Shown here: piece after piece, positions 31,769-41,681 of the stretch
Numbering within the stretch: the first letter of the stretch is position 1
Layout: each line of letters starts with the position of its first letter
NCBI GenBank assembly: GCA_963664395.2
Contig: OY761159.2
Span: forward strand, 1,376,001-1,440,000
Length of the DNA stretch: 64,000 nt
Source: Candidatus Binatia bacterium
GTDB lineage: Bacteria; Desulfobacterota; Binatia; Bin18
Direction of reading: 5' to 3'
Made by a program: the position numbers and the translations under genes
The notes under the pieces: model-generated
What the model saw: the letters and a program-made list of their open reading frames with translations, nothing else
What the model was told of the DNA's origin: nothing
The model's database searches: none

Positions 31769-33912
31769 CTAGAAAAACACCGTCAGCCCGCTGCGGACAT
31801 TGAGGCCGTAGCCGGACACTATATTCGTATCCGATATCCCCGGCCCGCCGCCATTGATGGGACACCGACGGTCTGTGCCGACTTCGTGCCGGAGACAGGA
31901 GTCCGTGGCAAACTGTGTCTCTCGCCAATTGGTGTCGGCGAGGTTGAGCACATCAAGGGACACCTCGATGTTGCGCCAGCGGTAACGCACGAGCAGGTCG
32001 ATCAGGGCATACCCCCGCGCAGTCACGCTCCGGTCTTCATTGGCGGCGCGGTCGTCCAGGAAACGCACACGCAGGGCGGCAGAGAAATTCTCAATCGGGT
32101 AGGCCGTCAGCCCTCCGTTCATCAGCAGAGTCGGAGCCAGGGGAATGGCCTCGCCCGTGATGCGAAAGCGGGGGTCGCTATAGGTCAGGTCGTAGTCAAG
32201 CAGCAGCCAGGGCAACACTTCGGCCCGTATCTCAAAATCAACGCCCCAGCGGCGCGTGGGGCCTCGCTGTTCGGTCGTGCCCTCGTCACCCACAAAGACC
32301 AACTCGCTACCCCCAGGTCGAGCCACCACAGCGAGGAGGCCAACTCAACTCGATTATACAGTCTGGTGCGTGCCCCGATTTCTGCGCCGGTTGAGCGCGC
32401 CAGCCCGCTGCCCCCCGGCTGGACCGCATCCCGGGCATCGTTGGAATGATAGCCCATGCCGAAATTGAGAAAGAGGTCGGTCTGGTGTCAGAGGCTCGCC
32501 GGGTTGATAAAAGGCGACACGATCAGGCTGGCCTTGGGGCTGACAATGCCGTCGGTCGCCTCGCGCGGAGAACGGTCGTCAACATCAAAGACAAACACGT
32601 CACCGCGCAGGCCAACGATGAAGCGCAGCCACTCGCGGATAAACAGCTCGTGTTGGGTATAGCCGCTGAAGGCGTTCTCCCAGATCTCGGCTTTCTGAGT
32701 GGTGACAAAGCGTTGCCGCCGCTGCTGCCGAAACAAGCCGACATCGGCATTATCGTTGCGCGTCTCAAAGCCAATAGTGCTCTCAAGCGGCAGGCTGCCG
32801 AGCGTCCACAACCGATGATAATGCGCCCGGCCACCAAACAGCACACGGCTATCGAGTTGTTCAATGCCATCGCCCTGCACCGGGTCGCCGCTGAAAAAAG
32901 TAAAGTTTGAGAACATACGCAGCCGGTAGCGACTGAAGTAGAGTTGCACAAACCAGCTTTCCTCCGGGTTTGGGTTTGCCGTATAGATGAGATTCAGGTT
33001 TTCCCGGTCGGAGCGCCCGCCCTCGGTCGGGTCGAGCGAACCGAACCGGTCCAGCCTCCCGCTCCTGACCGCTCGGAGTGGAATCTGGCCGGAGGCGTCC
33101 CAGTCTCCGGTATACAGTGAGGTCCACAGACTCAGCTTCGAGGTCGGGCTCGGCTTGAGGGTAAACTTGCCGAAGAAATTATATTTGACGAAATTCTCGC
33201 CGTGCTTGAACGGCCCGTCGGTGAAATAGACCTCGTTGGCGACCAGGCTCTGCACCGGACCGAGGCGCGGCGACAGGATGCCGACATAGCGCATGGTGTT
33301 GAAACTCCCGCCGACGGCGCGGAGCGAGTTGTGGGCGGTATCTTCTTTGGTAATAAAGTTGACTGCGCCTGAGTTGGCAAAATTCCCAGCGTCCGCGAAA
33401 TAGGGGCCCTTGCGGTAATCGATAGACTCGACCACCTCGGGAATCAAAAAATTGAGGTCGGCATAGCCCTGACCGTGGGCATGACTGACCATATTGACGG
33501 GGATACCGTCAACACTGATGGCCACGTCAGTGCCATGGTCATTATCAAAACCGCGCAAGAAGTATTGCATGGCTTTGCCGCCCCCGGCGTGTTGACCCGC
33601 CACAAATCCCGGCAGATTATTCAGCATTTCCGAGGCCGTGTTATGCGGCCGGACCGCAAAGTCTTTTTCACGCACCCGGCTTTCGGTGGCCGCGCTGATC
33701 GGACGACGCTCGGTGACAGTAATATGTGGCAACTGTTTCGTTGAGTTGGCGGCAGGATGTTCGGCTTCCTGAAGGCCGGTTGTGTCGCGGCCGTAGCTCA
33801 TATCTGCCATCCACAGCAGTACGATGACACAGCATATCCAGCCGGACAGACGGCGCAGGGCGAGGCTGTTTTTTCCAGGTATCAGGTGTCCGTGGTTGTT
33901 CGCTGCTTGCAT
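31769..33912 (-). pseudogene. TonB-dependent receptor with in-frame stop and frameshift
   Basis: Plug motif QHAGGGKAMQYFLRGFDNDHGTD. In-frame TGA at 32488-32490 with the frame continuing (HQTDLFLNFGMGYHSNDAR). Frameshift in the G5 tract at about 32310-32314. Ends in C-terminal F. Confidence 0.85.
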
Positions 33913-33980
33913 GGCGAGTGTAAAACCTCCTGCTCTCCGGCCTCGTCTGTATCATAGGTCGCCGCGGTTGGCGCACGTGG

Positions 33981-36900
33981 TCAGGGGATAATCACAAAGT
34001 TCTGGAGCGACTGTTCCCACTGTAGCTTTTTGGTTTCCCCAGGGCTGGGAAAGTCTGGAATGGGAAACGTGCCACTCACCCCCCGCAGGAACTGCTCCCC
34101 AAAGGTCGTCACCCGCACGGTGGTGTTGGCAAACTCCTCCCCGTCAAGCAGCGCCCGGACCGTATGCGGTCCGGCTCCCAAGTTATTCCAGTTCCACAGC
34201 AGGCTGAAACCGTTGTCGGTATCGTCACAGACGCCACGGGTATCCTCCCGCACGGTTCCATAGCCCGCTTTCAGTGGCATCCCGTCCAGCTCAATGACAA
34301 TCTCTCCCGCCTCGCACGCCCAGCCGGAGATCACTCCCACCCCACTCTGCGCCGATCCTAGCGACGGGTTTTCCAATATGGCGCTCACGCCCGCTACTCG
34401 ATCATACCCCCCTCCAGTATTCGGCTGCCCGTCGGTGATCACAAAGTTCTGGAGCGACTGTTCCCACTGGACGACGGTGGTCTCGCCGGAGGCGGGAAAG
34501 TTGGGTAGGTCAAAGGTGCCACTCGCCCCTCGTAGGAACTGCTCCCCAAAGGTGGCCACCCGCACGGTGGTGTTGGCAAACTCCTGCCCGTCAATCAGCG
34601 CGCGAATCGTATGCTCTCCGTCGCCCAGCAGGTTCCAGTTATACAATAGACTGAAACCATTATTGGTATCGCCACAGCGACTGCGCGTATCCTCCCGTGT
34701 GGTTCCATAGCCCGCTTTCAGCGGTATCCCGTCCAGCTCAATGACAATCTCGTGGGCGTGACACGCCCAACCCGAGATGACGCCCAGCCCACTCTGAAAG
34801 GAGGTGGACCGGGGGTTCTCCAGGGTCACTGGGGAGACGAAATCCGTTGAGAACACGGCCACGTCGTCGATAGTCCAACCGTCTGCGGTCCCACTGGCAT
34901 CGGACAACATTTGGAAACCGATCTCTATCGGCCGTCCGACAAAGGGAGTCAGGTCAATCTCCGCCTGTTGCCACGCGGCCCGGCCGGAGAAGGATGCCAC
35001 ACTCTTCCACTCGCCGTTCGCCTGCACCCAGACGTTCCCCATATCGCCAGTGTCAAAGTCGTACCGATGCCAGAAGGTCAGGGTCGCTGAATTGTGCCTA
35101 GTCAGATCAATAGTCGGAAGAAAAAGGCTGCTGTTTTGGTCATTCCGGTAATTGCCCCGCGGACTGTCCGTCCAGGCACGCGCGCCGCTCCGTGAAGAAG
35201 CCGTAGTCCGGGCCCATGGGGAGTTCGCAGACCAACCGTTTGCGCCGCTCTCCATGTCATCTTCAAACAGGCTCTCGTTGACTCCCGACTGAGTCACGGT
35301 CAAAGTCCATCCGCCAATGGTGAGCGTACCAGTCCGAGCGCTGGGGCCGGGATTCGCCGCAACCGCGTAGCTGACGCTGCCAGGACCGCGAATTCTGTCC
35401 CCGGACGTAACACGCAGCCACTCGGCGTTGCTCGTTGCGGACCAGTCACAATTCCCTGCCGCCTCAACCTGTACGCTGGCGTTGTCCCTCCCCGGCCCGA
35501 AGATATGGTGTGAAGTAGAAAGAAAATCGATGCAGGTGCTGAACGTGGCGGGGTTTGTGTTGATGGTCACGTGGTAGCCGGTGGCGTAAGCCGCGTCAAT
35601 TGAGACCTGGATAGCATTCTCTGCATCGATAAAGATTTCGCCCACCGTCCACATCGCCCCTGCATCGTTCGGGTCGCCGTTGTTGTCCACGTCTACGACC
35701 TGAGCCAGCCGGTCTTCCCGCGTGGTATCCACCTTATGGATGACCACCGCTTCATCCGGGATTTCGTCGTCATAGCCGGCAAACAGCCGTGTTTCGACGG
35801 TGTAGAAGTCGGTCGGCGACCTCCCAATGGGAATCTGAGCCATCAGATAGCCCTCTTCGCCCGGCTGGGCCGAGCGTTCAAGGGTAATGGTCTGGGTGCT
35901 ATTGGGCGGGGCCACATACTTGCGGGCCGGGGGAATCCAGCCCAGAAAGTCTTTGTGGTAGGCGATGGTATGCACGCCCAGGTAGCCGTAGCCGGGATAT
36001 GGGTCAAGCGACTGGCCGCCGCTCATGACATCCCAGTCAGAGTCATAGGTGCTGGGACTAAATGAGTGATCATCTTGACCATAGGGACCGGAGGAATGCT
36101 GCAAGCCTAAGGCATGGCCCATCTCATGTGCCCAGATTTCCTGTCGTTCATGTGCCCGTTCCGGCAGCCAGGTGATCCCCCAGAAGCGTGTCCGCCTATC
36201 CTTTGTAAACCGCCGGGTGCCGCCATAGGCGCGACGCCCATCAAGGTCCTGGTTAAAGGCGAGGTTGATATGCTCAAAATCCGGCAAAAAGACGTCCGCA
36301 TCGGCCGCGGCAGTACAGTCTCTGGCGGCTCTCTCCAAATCGGCATCTTCCTCTCCATCCCCGTCTGTGTCAGACACGTAATGCGCGCGGGGCCGGGGCA
36401 GATTGTACCAACCCACCACCACGCTGCCGTTCAGATTGGGGAGGTTCTCGTCAGAGACCTCTCGCCAATAATGCTCCAGGCCGGGATAGGACGATCCCAT
36501 TAGTTTCTCATAATGACTGACCGGATGCGGGGTGATATTTCTCGCATCCCCAAACCGACACAAGATGGTCACCCATGCCTGAGAGCCGCGCACATGCAAA
36601 TCGGCCTCCGCGGCCGGGAGAGCCGACCTGGGCGGAGTGGGCTCATCCGGAAACAAGTCGGCGGCGAAGGTTCTGCCCGACGAGGCCGTGGACGGTAACG
36701 GGGCCAGTTCGATGGAGCGGGCTCGGAACCGTAGCGGGTCGTGCTCCCACTCGCCCACGACCGTCACCCGCTTGCGGTTCAAGGTCACCGGGCCGCCGAG
36801 CGGCTGCATGAGTGCTGTATCGATCAGGAGTTCGTGCCGTGCGCCCGAGTCCTCAGTCAACGCATAGCTGGTTTCCGCGGCCCGGCCGGACTCGGGCGGA

Positions 36901-37055
36901 TAATCGGCGACCGTCAGGCTGAACCAGCCGGTGAGGGCCTGGTGTTGGGCTGCGGCGGGAGATACCCCCAGCAGCAACAGGACCAGACAGATTGTGACGC
37001 GTGCTGGGAGGGGCGGGTTCACCTGGTCCCTTTCACTTTCCTGAGAGGGACACAC
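33981..37055 (-). CDS. Secreted zinc metalloprotease (M6/M11-like) with BACON, immune-inhibitor/MAM-like and duplicated C-terminal domains
   Basis: Signal peptide, HEMGHALGLQH, WDVMS Met-turn, CDWSATSNAEW...ARTGTLTIGG (BACON), FEDDMESG...DGWTIDDV. The real start may be the GTG near 37022. Confidence 0.75.
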   Translation of the reverse strand: MCPSQESERDQVNPPLPARVTICLVLLLLGVSPAAAQHQALTGWFSLTVADYPPESGRAAETSYALTEDSGARHELLIDTALMQPLGGPVTLNRKRVTVVGEWEHDPLRFRARSIELAPLPSTASSGRTFAADLFPDEPTPPRSALPAAEADLHVRGSQAWVTILCRFGDARNITPHPVSHYEKLMGSSYPGLEHYWREVSDENLPNLNGSVVVGWYNLPRPRAHYVSDTDGDGEEDADLERAARDCTAAADADVFLPDFEHINLAFNQDLDGRRAYGGTRRFTKDRRTRFWGITWLPERAHERQEIWAHEMGHALGLQHSSGPYGQDDHSFSPSTYDSDWDVMSGGQSLDPYPGYGYLGVHTIAYHKDFLGWIPPARKYVAPPNSTQTITLERSAQPGEEGYLMAQIPIGRSPTDFYTVETRLFAGYDDEIPDEAVVIHKVDTTREDRLAQVVDVDNNGDPNDAGAMWTVGEIFIDAENAIQVSIDAAYATGYHVTINTNPATFSTCIDFLSTSHHIFGPGRDNASVQVEAAGNCDWSATSNAEWLRVTSGDRIRGPGSVSYAVAANPGPSARTGTLTIGGWTLTVTQSGVNESLFEDDMESGANGWSANSPWARTTASSRSGARAWTDSPRGNYRNDQNSSLFLPTIDLTRHNSATLTFWHRYDFDTGDMGNVWVQANGEWKSVASFSGRAAWQQAEIDLTPFVGRPIEIGFQMLSDASGTADGWTIDDVAVFSTDFVSPVTLENPRSTSFQSGLGVISGWACHAHEIVIELDGIPLKAGYGTTREDTRSRCGDTNNGFSLLYNWNLLGDGEHTIRALIDGQEFANTTVRVATFGEQFLRGASGTFDLPNFPASGETTVVQWEQSLQNFVITDGQPNTGGGYDRVAGVSAILENPSLGSAQSGVGVISGWACEAGEIVIELDGMPLKAGYGTVREDTRGVCDDTDNGFSLLWNWNNLGAGPHTVRALLDGEEFANTTVRVTTFGEQFLRGVSGTFPIPDFPSPGETKKLQWEQSLQNFVIIP
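33990..34822 (-). repeat. Tandem duplicated ~125-aa module at the protease C-terminus
   Basis: LENP...SG(L/V)GVISGWAC...IELDG...NGFSLL(Y/W)NWN...ANTTVRV.TFGEQFLRG...QWEQSLQNFVI occurs twice, with near-identical DNA blocks at about 33990 and 34437. Confidence 0.85.
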
Positions 37056-37058
37056 TCA

Positions 37059-38384
37059 CTACAAGGTCAGTGTGAAGTCTTCGACCAAAAGCCCCGGCAG
37101 TCGGCTGCTGCCTGTTGAGCGGGCATGATAGGTGTTGGGATCAAGCATATAGTCCCGCTCGGCGGTGATGCCAGCCAGGTTTGTCCCCAGTATACGGTAG
37201 AGCGATTCGTCAAACCGCATCACGTTGAGCGGCGCCTGAATCTCACCGTTTTCCACCCAGAAAGTAGCAAACCGGGTCATGCCGGTCATGCGGCAGGCCG
37301 CAAGGTCCGAATAGTTCAGATACCACAAATTGTTGATATAGATGCCGGTGTCCAGTTGCGTCAGCAGCGTATCCTGGGTCAGTTCACCTGCGGCCATGTC
37401 AATGGATTCGGCCGCCTCCCAACTCGATGCCCCATTGGTGGCCACGCCGTATTCCTTGGCAGACCGGGGAGACACCAGACAGTCTGCCCGACGACCGTGG
37501 GTGATGAGGCGGACTTGGTCCGGTTTCCGAAAGCCGTCCTCCTGGAAGTTCGGGGCCACTCCGTCCCGCATATTTTCAATAAGGGTGACAGCGGGGTGCA
37601 GCTCCGCTCCCTCCTGTGTCATTTTGATCAGCGGCGTTTGTTTGGTCCGCTGCTCCTTGAGACCAAATCCACCCCAGTTCAGCAGTTCCATAATTTCACA
37701 CACGGCCGAGGGCGCCAGATACACCCGGTAGCGGCCGGGCGTAATGGTCTTGGCCGGCCTGGACAGCCCGGCCAACTGTTGGTCCGCGGTATCGACCTTG
37801 TGTTCAAACACGTTCGGATTCCACACAAAACCGGCCTCAGCCGTTTTGACCGCTTTGTCGCCACTGAGATAGAAACTCCAGTCCACACTATAGGTATAGG
37901 TGGAGAACCAGTTGCGTTGGCCAAAGGAATTGGCGAACCCCGCGTGGATGCCGCCGGCCGCATAGAAGCCAACCAGGTCCCGTCCCTGTCCGGCCTGCAG
38001 GACAGCATCGACGATCATCCCCCGTTCTTCCGGCAGCCGGTTTTCGCCGTGATGCTCGCTCGACTGGACCTCGGTCGCGTGGAAGACATGCGGGTCCTCG
38101 GGCAGATAGGGAAGCTGGGCACGCAGGCTGTCCAGCACAGCGCGGGCGCGCTGACTGTCCACGGCAAAGTCGCCGCATAGGCTGATATCCCCGGCTGCGT
38201 GGCGTTGTCCGATAACGAGTTCAACCGCGATGGAACGTTGCGCCACCGTTCCCGCCTGGCGGATCGCGCTGTTATTGAATCGGACGAAGTCCGAGTCCTC
38301 GGCCGCAAAATTACACAGCGCATGCTCCTCGCCGGTCAGGTGGCTGATGATGAAGTCGGCAAGCTGGTAGAAATACTCCTGCAT
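37059..38384 (-). CDS. tldE: TldE/PmbA family protein
   Basis: RFNNSAIRQAG, PGRYRVYLAP, LWYLN, TGMTRFATFWVENG. Confidence 0.85.
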   Translation of the reverse strand: MQEYFYQLADFIISHLTGEEHALCNFAAEDSDFVRFNNSAIRQAGTVAQRSIAVELVIGQRHAAGDISLCGDFAVDSQRARAVLDSLRAQLPYLPEDPHVFHATEVQSSEHHGENRLPEERGMIVDAVLQAGQGRDLVGFYAAGGIHAGFANSFGQRNWFSTYTYSVDWSFYLSGDKAVKTAEAGFVWNPNVFEHKVDTADQQLAGLSRPAKTITPGRYRVYLAPSAVCEIMELLNWGGFGLKEQRTKQTPLIKMTQEGAELHPAVTLIENMRDGVAPNFQEDGFRKPDQVRLITHGRRADCLVSPRSAKEYGVATNGASSWEAAESIDMAAGELTQDTLLTQLDTGIYINNLWYLNYSDLAACRMTGMTRFATFWVENGEIQAPLNVMRFDESLYRILGTNLAGITAERDYMLDPNTYHARSTGSSRLPGLLVEDFTLTL

Positions 38385-38447
38385 CCTCTCGACCCCGCCC
38401 TAAAAGAGTAAACGTATCCTCCAATACATATGAGATGCTGGACACGT

Positions 38448-39896
38448 TTACTCTTTCTCGCCCCCAAAAACCTCAACGCCCGAGAATACACACGCCGGAG
38501 CGGCATGTCCAACCCGGATGACCTGATTGGGCTCGCCCTTGCCGCAGAACGGGGTGCCGAGCACCTCATAACTGTCCAGGTTGCCGACCCTGGCCAGGTT
38601 GCGCCAGAATGTGGCCGACACTCCCCGGTAGTTTGGTTTTTTGACCACCGTTGTCAGCGTGCCGTCTTCAATCAGTTGGCCCCACTCGCAGCCAAACTGG
38701 AATTTGTTGCGCGAATCATCAATGGACCAGGAACAGTTGGTTTTCATATACACGCCCCGCTCAATGGCGCCGACCATAGACGAAAAATCGGACTGTCCCG
38801 GTTCCAGGTTCAAATTCGCCATGCGGTCAATCGTCGGCCTGTTCCAGGTGTCGGCGCGGGCGTTGGCGACACCGGGCATCCCCAGCCGCGCTTGGGAGAC
38901 TACTCCGCCCAGTCCGCGCAGCAGGCGGCCGTTCTTGATCAGATATTCCTTGCGGGCGGGCTGGCCGTCGTCATCAAATTGATAGCTGGCATACTGTTCG
39001 GGTCGGGAGGGGTCAAAGGTGATATTCAACAAGTCCGAGCCGTACTGATATGTGCCGAACATGTCCGGCGTCACAAAGCTGGTACCGGCATAATTCCGCT
39101 CATCCCCGAGAATGCGGTCGAGCTCAAGCGGGTGGCCGATCGACTCATGAATCTGAAGCATCATTTGATCCGGGGCAAGGAGCACGTCCAGCTGCCCGAC
39201 CGGGCAATCGGGCGCGCTCAGGAGCTGGACTGCCTCAGCGCTGAGTTGCGGTGCGGCCGCATGAAACCCGGTTTGCTCCAAGACTTCCAAGCCCCCCTGG
39301 CGGCAATAGCCACGCCCGCCGAACGTCCGCGTGTGCGTCTCCGTCCCGGCGTTGGCGGTCACGCTCAACATCGGCACGATATAGGAGAATCGCTGGCGGG
39401 TGTGGGCGCCACCATTTGTGATCGAGAGCGTGTCGCTCTCCGTATGCCACAGGCTGGCCTCCCAGTCGACAATCCGCTCGTCCGTTTTCAAGCGGGCGCT
39501 CTCCTGCTGGAGCAGCGCGATTTTATCGGCCAGGGACACGGCATCCCAGGCGACGGCCACCGGCGTCTCATACTCACCCTGCGGCTGGGCAAAGACCACC
39601 TGCGAGAAGTCGGTCACGCCACACGCCGCGCTGCGCTGTGCCCAGCCCCTGGCGTGTTCGAGCGCGCGCGCTAAGCCCGCCTCAGTCAGGTCGCTCGTCC
39701 CGGCATAGCCGCAGCCCCCCTGATGGACGACCGTCAGCATGACCCCCAGGTCGTCGCCGTTTGACACCGGCTGTAAGACATCCTGACGAACCGCCAGCGA
39801 CTCTGACTGCTCGCGCACAATGCGGAGCGAACAGAACTCGACGCTGGGCATGAGGCGCCGAAAGCGTTCGGCTATCTGCTCGTGTGGCTGCTCCAT
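38448..39896 (-). CDS. tldD: TldD family metalloprotease
   Basis: QIHESIGHPLELDR, RMANL, WSIDDSRNKFQFG, CGKGEPNQ. Confidence 0.9.
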   Translation of the reverse strand: MEQPHEQIAERFRRLMPSVEFCSLRIVREQSESLAVRQDVLQPVSNGDDLGVMLTVVHQGGCGYAGTSDLTEAGLARALEHARGWAQRSAACGVTDFSQVVFAQPQGEYETPVAVAWDAVSLADKIALLQQESARLKTDERIVDWEASLWHTESDTLSITNGGAHTRQRFSYIVPMLSVTANAGTETHTRTFGGRGYCRQGGLEVLEQTGFHAAAPQLSAEAVQLLSAPDCPVGQLDVLLAPDQMMLQIHESIGHPLELDRILGDERNYAGTSFVTPDMFGTYQYGSDLLNITFDPSRPEQYASYQFDDDGQPARKEYLIKNGRLLRGLGGVVSQARLGMPGVANARADTWNRPTIDRMANLNLEPGQSDFSSMVGAIERGVYMKTNCSWSIDDSRNKFQFGCEWGQLIEDGTLTTVVKKPNYRGVSATFWRNLARVGNLDSYEVLGTPFCGKGEPNQVIRVGHAAPACVFSGVEVFGGEKE

Positions 39897-39902
39897 GCCG
39901 GT

Positions 39903-40256
39903 TTAGTCCTGTTTTTCCGTATTCAGAATCACTTCATGGATTTCCAGCACATTCGCGCCGGCAAACATTTCTGCGGGTGGGCGGTTGCTATGGGCGAGGC
40001 GGAAGGACTCGCTTTTTGTCCAGTCCCAAAACGCTTGTTCACTTTCCCAGTAGGTTTGGACCAGGTAAAATCCCTGCTCTTCCTTCTCTTCCCACTCACC
40101 CGTTTGGTGGCTGAACCGACGCTGGACCGGCCGCATCACCAGGTTTTTGATAAACCCGGGGGACTGGTCGATCAGATGTGCCCGGTTCCGAAACCGATCC
40201 TCAAACTCTTCTTCATGTCCCTCAGCAACGGGAATCCGGTTCGTGACGACAAACAT
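39903..40256 (-). CDS. ABM-domain monooxygenase, IsdG/HmoA/MhuD-like heme oxygenase
   Basis: MFVVTNRIPV..G.EEEFE.RF, PGF, TYWESEQAF..W, FRLAH. Confidence 0.75.
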   Translation of the reverse strand: MFVVTNRIPVAEGHEEEFEDRFRNRAHLIDQSPGFIKNLVMRPVQRRFSHQTGEWEEKEEQGFYLVQTYWESEQAFWDWTKSESFRLAHSNRPPAEMFAGANVLEIHEVILNTEKQD

Positions 40257-40541
40257 AGCGTGTTCTCCTCCGCTGCAAATATATTGCTGTGTCTTCACTG
40301 TAAAAGAGTTACGAAAGAGATGGAAGCGCTCCCCAGGCTCAACACCGCAGTCAGTCTCTTGCCCCCTCGACTTAAGGGTGTTCTCCAAAGAGAACACAGA
40401 AAAAATGCCCCCGCGTGGAAGGCGTTCGGCCATTCCCGCGGTTGCGTTCAGCTCAAAAAAGCAATAAAGTCCGGTTCAGAAGGAAAAGTGTCGCAGACTG
40501 TCTACCACGTCTGTCGGTTTTGAGTTGGTTCACACGATCAT

Positions 40542-40599
40542 AAGCCCTGGGGACCTCCTCATATGGTTCCCAGGGCTTTTTTATTTGTCAGGAGGTCCC
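40542..40599 (+). promoter_or_regulatory. Two-state leader (terminator vs SD-sequestering helix) upstream of the RRM gene
   Basis: Stem 40542-40555/40565-40578 plus T run; GGGACCTCCT (40550-59) is the exact complement of AGGAGGTCCC (40590-99). Confidence 0.6.
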
Positions 40600-40604
40600 G
40601 TAGC

Positions 40605-40895
40605 ATGAAACTCTTTGTTGGTAATCTGCCCTTCAGCACGACGCAAGAAGACCTTGAAGCACTCTTTGGCGAATCAGGCGCAGTCACATCGGTCAATGTT
40701 ATTACTGATCGGTTTTCCGGCAAATCTCGTGGATTCGGCTTTGTCGAAATGGAAAACCAGGAGGAGGCGCAGGCTGCGATAGAGCGCCTGAACGGGAGTG
40801 ATCTCCAAGGGCGTCCGCTGACCGTCAACGAGGCCCGCCCGCAAAGAGAACGCTCACAAGGCCCCAGGAGGGATGGCGGCGACCGAGATTGGTAG
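40605..40895 (+). CDS. RRM RNA-binding protein
   Basis: KLFVGNL (RNP2), KSRGFGFVEM (RNP1), VNEARP. Confidence 0.93.
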   Translation: MKLFVGNLPFSTTQEDLEALFGESGAVTSVNVITDRFSGKSRGFGFVEMENQEEAQAAIERLNGSDLQGRPLTVNEARPQRERSQGPRRDGGDRDW

Positions 40896-41013
40896 GAGGA
40901 AAGAAGAGCTTCCGTAGGATAGAAGGTGTTTGCCATATGTCCGTGAGTAAGGGAAACGGCTTCCTCACAATCCAACACTGTGCGACGGTGATCGGTTTCT
41001 AAGGAGAGTACCC

Positions 41014-41442
41014 ATGATCAAGGTAAAAGACGGTGACACTGTTCGCGTTCAGTATACCGGCAGGCTTAAGGACGGATCAGTCTTTGACTCATCGGCGAAG
41101 AGTGACGCACTACAATTTACCATTGGGAAAGGCCAGGTACTCCAAGGGTTTGAGCAAGCCGTAATCGGCATGCGCCCAAAGGAATCGAAAACGGTCCTCA
41201 TCCCGGCTGAGTCAGCCTACGGCCCACACCGGGATGGGATGACCACGCAAGTCCAACGCAGTCAATTCCCGAATAATGTTGAACTGAAAATTGGCCAGCG
41301 GCTGCAAATCAATCAGAAAAATGGCCAGTCAATCGCCGTCTCCGTCCTCGCCCTATCCGACTCTACGGCAACCCTGGATGCCAACCACCCTCTGGCGGGC
41401 AAGGACCTGACGTTTGACCTTCAACTCGTCGAGATCACCTGA
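41014..41442 (+). CDS. slyD: FKBP-type peptidyl-prolyl isomerase (SlyD/SlpA-like)
   Basis: YTGRLKDGSVFDSS, AYG, LDANHPLAGKDLTF. Confidence 0.9.
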   Translation: MIKVKDGDTVRVQYTGRLKDGSVFDSSAKSDALQFTIGKGQVLQGFEQAVIGMRPKESKTVLIPAESAYGPHRDGMTTQVQRSQFPNNVELKIGQRLQINQKNGQSIAVSVLALSDSTATLDANHPLAGKDLTFDLQLVEIT

Positions 41443-41681
41443 CCCCCCTCCGGACGTATTCCGCCGCCCAGTCCGAGTCGGCCTGCGGATGGATTATTCA
41501 AACGGAAATACGACCCGGCAGCGATGACCGGCCGGGAGCGTCCCGCCTTGATTGGGCAGCGTCAGACGCACCCCGAACGAACCACTGGCCGAGTCACGCC
41601 TGTCTCAAGCGACTGCCGACAAATATGGGCTCTGGCACGAGCCGTGATGCCAAGGGGTCCGCGACCGAGCGGGGGCTGCCT

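Noticed and set aside
32488-32490. In-frame TGA as possible selenocysteine or recoding
   Set aside because: No catalytic context or evident SECIS hairpin; a second lesion follows; other genes here use TGA as stop.
33990-34822. Near-identical repeats as a DGR template/variable pair or CRISPR
   Set aside because: Both copies are in frame in one gene, differences are not adenine-specific, no reverse transcriptase is present, and there is no repeat-spacer periodicity.
37125-39674. Long + strand ORFs (351 and 414 aa)
   Set aside because: Antisense to tldE/tldD; codon-bias shadows.
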